A stretch of DNA of 64,000 nucleotides from positions 5,184,001-5,248,000 of the forward strand of contig CBDCXR010000004.1 in assembly GCA_965223845.1 (NCBI GenBank), written 5' to 3'. The stretch's first letter is position 1; each line of letters begins with the position of its first letter. Positions 58,797 to 64,000 of the stretch are shown piece by piece. Source of the stretch: Planctomycetota bacterium. GTDB taxonomy: Bacteria > Planctomycetota > UBA8108 > SXIK01. Under the pieces are notes generated by a model. It saw only the letters and a program-made list of their open reading frames with translations. It was not told the origin of the DNA and did not search any database. The position numbers were made by a program, and so were the translations under genes.

Positions 58797-59650
58797 CGCT
58801 TGGCCCCCTGGGCACGCGCCGCTTTGCGCCTCCGCTTGGGCGGCGCGCCGTTCGCCGCCTCGGCGAGCGCCTCCTCGTCGAACTCCCCGAAAGTGCGGAG
58901 GACGCGCAGAAGAAAGCGATGTGGGTTCTGGGCCGGATCGGAATCGATGTCCTCACCCCGATATCCGAGGCGCTCGGCGACGATCGGCGCGAGGATCGAC
59001 GCGACCTCGTTCGCCCGCGCCACGCCGAGGCGCTGCACGCGTCGCGCGAACCGATCGATGAGACCGAGAGTCCGTTCCGACGGGCGATGACCTCCGGAGA
59101 GTTCGGTTCGCTCGAACGGATCGACGTCCGCGAGAACCGGAGGCGGCGCCGCGATCGCGAGCTTCTTCTCGCGGACAACCATCGTTCCCGCGACGAGATC
59201 ACCGAGCCGCTGCAGCTTCGGCGAGCAGAGCATCGTGATGAGACCGACACCGTAGCCGAATGGCAGTACGTCGGCCGCACGGAGGAGATTCCGCATCATC
59301 GCGTCGAAGAATCCGAGCGGGTAGCCTCCTTCCTTCACGACGCGCAGGCCCACCGCCTTCTTTCCCGGAGTCCGTCCTCCCCAGAACGCCTCGAAGAGCC
59401 AGGCGTACGCCCATTCGAGCAGAAACATCAAGATGAGGAATGTGAACCCGGAAAAATCGGCGGCGTAGAACAAAAACGGAAAGAGCGCACGCCCGACGAG
59501 CAAGAGCACGAACACCCCGGCCCAACGAAGGACGAGGTCGAGCGCGTACGCGTACATCCGCGTCGCCGGTCCGGCGAGACGAAACTCGAGAACGACGTTC
59601 TCGGGCGTCTCGATGCGGAGGCGATTGTCGACGAGAGGAGGCGCGGTCAT
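58793..59650 (-). CDS. RDD family protein
   Basis: IETPENV...AGPATR..A..LD, GRTPGK..VGLRVV, RNLLR..D, QRLGDLVAGT. Confidence 0.9.
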   Translation of the reverse strand: MTAPPLVDNRLRIETPENVVLEFRLAGPATRMYAYALDLVLRWAGVFVLLLVGRALFPFLFYAADFSGFTFLILMFLLEWAYAWLFEAFWGGRTPGKKAVGLRVVKEGGYPLGFFDAMMRNLLRAADVLPFGYGVGLITMLCSPKLQRLGDLVAGTMVVREKKLAIAAPPPVLADVDPFERTELSGGHRPSERTLGLIDRFARRVQRLGVARANEVASILAPIVAERLGYRGEDIDSDPAQNPHRFLLRVLRTFGEFDEEALAEAANGAPPKRRRKAARAQGAKR

Positions 59651-59711
59651 GAGCTCACTCGTCCTTCCCCCAGACGCGCCACCGAGCCGCTCGATCGACT
59701 CGTCGCGGCTC

Positions 59712-60260
59712 TCACACCACGTCGACGACCTTCGTCCCCGCAAGGAAGTCGTGGAGGCACCGCCGCTCCGAATTAAAAATGAGGAGGACGTCGATCAGGT
59801 TGATCAGGCCTCCGACCGGAACGAGGCCCACAAACATGAATACGATGTAGCGCACGAGACCGGCGCGAAGGAATCCCGGGTTGCTTTCGTCCGAAACGAG
59901 GACGATGCGAATCCCGAGCACTCGCTTGAAGATCGTCTGTCCGCGCTGGGAGAGCCAGACGAGGTTGACGGTGAGAATCGCGAGCCAGATCACCGCGGAG
60001 ACGATCCCGAGCGGAGCGGAAAAGACCTCGCCGTAGTCGATCCCGAGCTCCGAGTCATCCGAGTTCGCGAGGGTCTCGAACATCACGAACCCACCGGGGA
60101 TCCACGCGATACCGTAAAGCAGTCCGTCGAGAATCGCGGCGAGGAGCCGCGTCCCGCGTCCCGCGAGCGGAGCACCGCCGGTCGCGGTCTCGATCTGCGC
60201 CTCCGGAGTCGCGTACGGGTTGGTTTCCGCGTCCGGGTTTTCGTTCGGCTCGAAATCCAT
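59712..60260 (-). CDS. RDD family protein
   Basis: NPYATP, LAGRGTRLLAAILD, GQTIFKRVLGIRIV, RRCLHDFLAGT. Confidence 0.9.
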   Translation of the reverse strand: MDFEPNENPDAETNPYATPEAQIETATGGAPLAGRGTRLLAAILDGLLYGIAWIPGGFVMFETLANSDDSELGIDYGEVFSAPLGIVSAVIWLAILTVNLVWLSQRGQTIFKRVLGIRIVLVSDESNPGFLRAGLVRYIVFMFVGLVPVGGLINLIDVLLIFNSERRCLHDFLAGTKVVDVV

Positions 60261-60435
60261 CGCGCTCTCCCCAACTCAACCATCAGCCCCACCCCGCCGA
60301 GCGGCCGCGGCATTGTACTCTTGGAACATCGACGATTCCACCGCTCGCGAATCGGCGTCAGCAGTTGCTCATGACTCGCAGGGTCCCCTAAGATAGAGTT
60401 CGCTAGTTTGGTCTTCGCGCCAGGAGCACATCTCG

Positions 60436-61290
60436 ATGACACCGCGTCTCGCCGCCACGATCGCGCTCGCCGCCCTGCTCACTCCATCGGTTGCCGCTCT
60501 CCCCGAAGCGCCGGCGAAGGCGAGCGCGACGATCGGATTCGACGAAGAGAAGAAATCGAGAGGGCGGAGCCGGGGTGGACGGAAGGATGACTCGTCCCTC
60601 CCGAGTGCGGGTTATGCGAAGAAGCTCCGCACGAACATGGTCGAGACCGTCAGCGTTGGCGACCTCGAGATGCGCGTCGCCTACCTTCCCGACGTCTATC
60701 TCTACGAGATGGCCCTCGGGATGGACGAGCTCCGAAAGCGCGGAGTCGCCGGCGAAAAGCTCGTCGAGAAGCTGCGCGCGCTCCACCGAAAGCACAAGAA
60801 GGACCAGCGGAAGACGCGGTTCTTCGTCGAGCTCGTCCCGAAGAAGGGCAGCTTCATCTTTCTTTCGAGCAAACCGAAGAACCAGTTCCTACTTCGTGAG
60901 AAGAGGAAGCGGAGCTTCACGATGAAGCTGGTGAAGGGGAAGCTTCAGCCGACGCGCTGGCAGATCTTCGAGTATCCGCCGAATCAGCCGAGGAAGACTT
61001 ACTTCAAGACGCTCGCACGCGTCGAGAAGCCGATCTCGCTGACCCTCGTCACGAATGCGATCAAACGCGGTGGGACGGATCCGATCTTCGTCGAGCTCGC
61101 GAGTGTGGTTCAACAGAAGGCGAGCAAGGATCCCGCCGACAGCATCAACCAGTCTCGCCGGCAGCTCTCGTGCGTCGAGTGGGGCCAGGTCGTCTCGGAG
61201 CCGCTCGGCGTCGTCTTCTATCCGAAAAAGTGGAAGCGGCCGAAGCCGCCCAAGGGCTTCCGTTCACTGATCGAGCAGCTCAATCAGTGA
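60436..61290 (+). CDS. Hypothetical secreted Lys-rich protein
   Basis: Signal peptide, AGGAG RBS, stop overlaps the cinA start. Confidence 0.7.
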   Translation: MTPRLAATIALAALLTPSVAALPEAPAKASATIGFDEEKKSRGRSRGGRKDDSSLPSAGYAKKLRTNMVETVSVGDLEMRVAYLPDVYLYEMALGMDELRKRGVAGEKLVEKLRALHRKHKKDQRKTRFFVELVPKKGSFIFLSSKPKNQFLLREKRKRSFTMKLVKGKLQPTRWQIFEYPPNQPRKTYFKTLARVEKPISLTLVTNAIKRGGTDPIFVELASVVQQKASKDPADSINQSRRQLSCVEWGQVVSEPLGVVFYPKKWKRPKPPKGFRSLIEQLNQ

Positions 61291-62642
61291 CGGCGTCGGA
61301 TGAGACGGGCCCCGCGTCGCCGACCGCAATCGTCCTCCTGACGGGATCGGAGCTCGTCCGCGGAGAGACGCGGGACGAAAACGGTGCGTACCTCGGCCGG
61401 CAGCTCACCCTTCTCGGTGTACGCGTGCGCGAGGTGCTTGTCATTCCCGACGATCCCGCGTTCATTCGAGATGAAATCCGGCGGGCCGTCGAATCAGCCG
61501 ACGTCGTAGTTTCAAGCGGAGGGCTCGGTCCGACCGCCGACGATCACGTCGTCGCGGCCGCGGCGGAGGCGCTCGGCCGAGGAGTCGTGCGCGACGAGGA
61601 GGCCGCCGCCCGCATGGAACGCCGCGTGCGCGAGAGGCTCGGTCCGGACCACCGACTCCCGAGCAACTTCTTTCATCAAGCCGACGTCGTGGAAGGCGCC
61701 GAAGTGCTTCAAAACCCGGTCGGACTCGCGCCCGGGATCGTCGTCGACACGAAACGCGGCTTCCTCGCGATTCTTCCCGGCGTGCCGCGTGAGTTCCGCG
61801 CGCTCGTCGAGCGCGAAGTTCTTCCGCGCGTTCGCGACCGATTCGAGCTCGAGCCGCCACGCGTCTTTCGAGCGAAGCTCATCGGCGAGAAGGAGTCGTG
61901 GGCCGAAGAGAAGCTCCAAGGCCTCGGGCTCGATCTCGAGCGCCTCGAGTACGGGATCACCGCGAAGCCCGGCGACCTCACGATCAAGCTCATCGCGCAC
62001 CGGCCGAAGGATTACCCTCTCGTCGACGACGCGAAGGAATGTCTAGCCGCCGCGTTCGGAGATGCGTTCGTCCCCCTCCCCGAAGGCCTCGACGCCACTA
62101 CGACCGAAATGCCCGGGCGCGCGGCGTCGCTCACGCTTCACTCGCGCGTCGTTCACGAAGCGCTCCTCGCCGCGAAGAAGAAGCTCGCGACCGCGGAATC
62201 CTGCACGGGCGGACTCATCGCCGCCGAGCTCACGCATCACGCCGGGTCGTCGGAATACCTGCTCGGCGGGATCGTCTCGTACGCAAACGAAGTCAAAGCC
62301 GGCGCGCTCGGCGTCGCGGAGAAGCTCCTCGAGGAGCACGGCGCGGTTTCGGAGCCCGTGTGCCGCGCGATGGTCACGGGTGCGCTCACGAAGCTCGGCG
62401 CGGACATCGCCGTTGCGACCACGGGCATCGCCGGCCCCGGAGGCGGAAGCGCGGAAAAGCCCGTCGGGCTCGTCTACATCGGCGCGGGAACGGTCGAAGG
62501 GGCGGGCGAACCGGCGATCACTGTCGCGCGCCACGAGTTCTACGGCGATCGCGACGCGGTCCGACGTCAGGCAGCGCTCCACGCGCTCGAGATGGTGCGG
62601 CGGCTGGTTGTGCGCGGAGAGAACGAGAACCACGGACGATAG
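61287..62642 (+). CDS. cinA: CinA: MoCF-like domain fused to NMN deamidase PncC
   Basis: TGSELVRG...DEN, SGGLGPTADD, LPGVPRE; TAESCTGG, HGAVSE, TTGIAGPGGG..EKPVGLV; GTG start. Confidence 0.93.
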   Translation: MTASDETGPASPTAIVLLTGSELVRGETRDENGAYLGRQLTLLGVRVREVLVIPDDPAFIRDEIRRAVESADVVVSSGGLGPTADDHVVAAAAEALGRGVVRDEEAAARMERRVRERLGPDHRLPSNFFHQADVVEGAEVLQNPVGLAPGIVVDTKRGFLAILPGVPREFRALVEREVLPRVRDRFELEPPRVFRAKLIGEKESWAEEKLQGLGLDLERLEYGITAKPGDLTIKLIAHRPKDYPLVDDAKECLAAAFGDAFVPLPEGLDATTTEMPGRAASLTLHSRVVHEALLAAKKKLATAESCTGGLIAAELTHHAGSSEYLLGGIVSYANEVKAGALGVAEKLLEEHGAVSEPVCRAMVTGALTKLGADIAVATTGIAGPGGGSAEKPVGLVYIGAGTVEGAGEPAITVARHEFYGDRDAVRRQAALHALEMVRRLVVRGENENHGR

Positions 62643-62816
62643 GCTACGTTTCCGCGGACTGAAAGAACGTCACCTCGTAGCGACTGAGGTCGGTGACACC
62701 CTCCTCGGGGAAGTGCACTTCGACCGCCCGCTCGGGGAAATCTCTCCGGAGCTTTGTTTCCCATCGCGGAGCCGCGAATCTTGGCCGGGAGAGCCGGTCC
62801 GTGCTAAGCTCGGCGT

Positions 62817-63098
62817 ATGGAGCAAAGTCTTCAAAACCTCACGCCTGAAGCGCGAGAAGCCGTCGAGAGGCGTGCGCGCGAGAGCGGCCGTTCCGTCGAT
62901 GACGTACTCTCTGAGCTTGTCGTGCTCGGAGCTGCCAACGGGTCTCGGTCAGCGAGCAAAGACAACGACGCGCTGCTCGAAGAGATTCGAGCCTTTGCGC
63001 TCCAGTATCGGGCCTTCGGGTTTGGAGCGACACCGCGCGGGAACTTCTGGAAGCAACGCGACTCGCATCGGAGCTGTCGAAAACCTCCTACGACATGA
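62817..63098 (+). CDS. Small ribbon-helix-helix/antitoxin-like protein
   Basis: NLTPEAREAVERRARESGRSVDDVLSELV pattern. Confidence 0.45.
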   Translation: MEQSLQNLTPEAREAVERRARESGRSVDDVLSELVVLGAANGSRSASKDNDALLEEIRAFALQYRAFGFGATPRGNFWKQRDSHRSCRKPPTT

Positions 63099-63564
63099 GC
63101 TACCTGTTTCTCGCGACCGAGCTCGAGTGCCGGTGGTGCACAGCCGACGAGAAGGCGGTGAGAGGGCAAGGCGAGAAGTTTCCGCTTGAGCGAGTCGAGC
63201 TCCTCGCTGACCGGGGCTGACGAGGAGGCAAACAAACGCCTCGATTCGCTTCCCCCCTGAAGAAAAAACGAGGACCCAAGGCGCGTCGATTCGCCCGCGC
63301 CTCGAAGCTCGCTCGCCAAGTGCTCCCATCTCTCCGCGAGAAGCGGCTGCGCGTCGCGTGCCCCCTGCGCGAGAGGCTCGAAGACGTCCACGAGGCGTCG
63401 CCGCTCCGAAGCGATCTCTTTGCCGAGCTCGCGCTCGGTCGCAGCAGCGTCCGATCCGGCGACAACTCCGCCACGCTGCCTCGACCCCCCAACGAAATCC
63501 GGAGACGATCGGCCGATGATCCTCGCGAGTCTCTCCGTCACCCACTCAGCGATCTCGCGCGATC

Positions 63565-63819
63565 CTACCGAACCGCGCGGACAGCGCCCGAGAACGCCAC
63601 CTCGGATTCGCCGCCGCGATCGAACGAGCGAAAGAAACCCGCGGCCGATTCACGGCTCTCGAGGAGGGAAGCGGCCGACGTTGCGACCGAGAACAAGAAC
63701 CAAAGCCCCAGAGCAAAGAGCGCGAATGAGACGGATGTGGCGACCAGAGTCTCCGAGGGGTCGGAATCGCGCGCGGGGTCGGTCGACTGGGTCGTCTCGG
63801 GGTACTGCGTGGAGTTCAT
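63565..63819 (-). CDS. Short hypothetical single-TM protein, possibly a gene remnant
   Basis: AGGAG RBS, one hydrophobic segment; no family recognised. Confidence 0.3.
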   Translation of the reverse strand: MNSTQYPETTQSTDPARDSDPSETLVATSVSFALFALGLWFLFSVATSAASLLESRESAAGFFRSFDRGGESEVAFSGAVRAVR

Positions 63820-64000
63820 GGTCCCGACTGCTCCTGGTTCGTGATCGTCAGGGCGACAACCGCCCTCTGTCCGATCACGCGCAATCGGAGTGCGAGATCC
63901 GTCAAGATTCTCCGAGCGAGCTCTTCCCCGTTCGACGGACCCGTCCGCGGACTAGGCACAAACGGCTTGAACGACGAGACTTACGCGTCGACGCCGCTTC

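Noticed and set aside
62831-63541. 236-aa minus-strand ORF, possibly a read-through continuation of 63565..63819
   Set aside because: Different frame from the upstream ORF, no recognisable domain, and it overlaps the RHH-like ORF; not supportable.

Overview
High-GC window whose gene content (dockerin-like tailed secreted proteins, a PVC-type CxxCH protein, an ECF sigma factor next to a Ser/Thr kinase) suggests a Planctomycetota-like bacterium; this is inference from gene families only. The core is a ~20 kb minus-strand respiratory cluster: narC-narG-narH-narJ-narI-narK2-actA-actB-actC-actD-actE-actF-amidohydrolase, then a separately promoted narK1-type transporter fused to a DoxX domain. This places a complete alternative complex III (ACIII) directly behind a cytoplasmic nitrate reductase with no terminal oxidase beside it. 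Upstream, beyond a broken IS481-type element and a low-GC patch, lies ric(ytfE)-histidine kinase-sigma54 activator. Two sigma54-like promoters (narC, narK1-doxX) share a 27-bp motif exactly 157 bp upstream, and they and a third (ric) carry the same non-canonical -12 element. At the left edge is a gene missing from the ORF track: signal peptide, in-frame TGA-TGC (U-C), a SECIS-like hairpin, a Gly linker and a thioredoxin-like domain, i.e. a candidate selenoprotein. The rest holds lectin/dockerin proteins, a BmrR-type MerR regulator with its promoter, an MGMT-like gene, ECF-STK, SGNH plus PVC heme protein, rtcB, a MoxR/DUF58/RDD/SpoIIM cluster, cinA and dispersed REP-like inverted repeats. I saw no rRNA, tRNA or CRISPR array. 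Family assignments are from motif recognition by eye; no searches were run.
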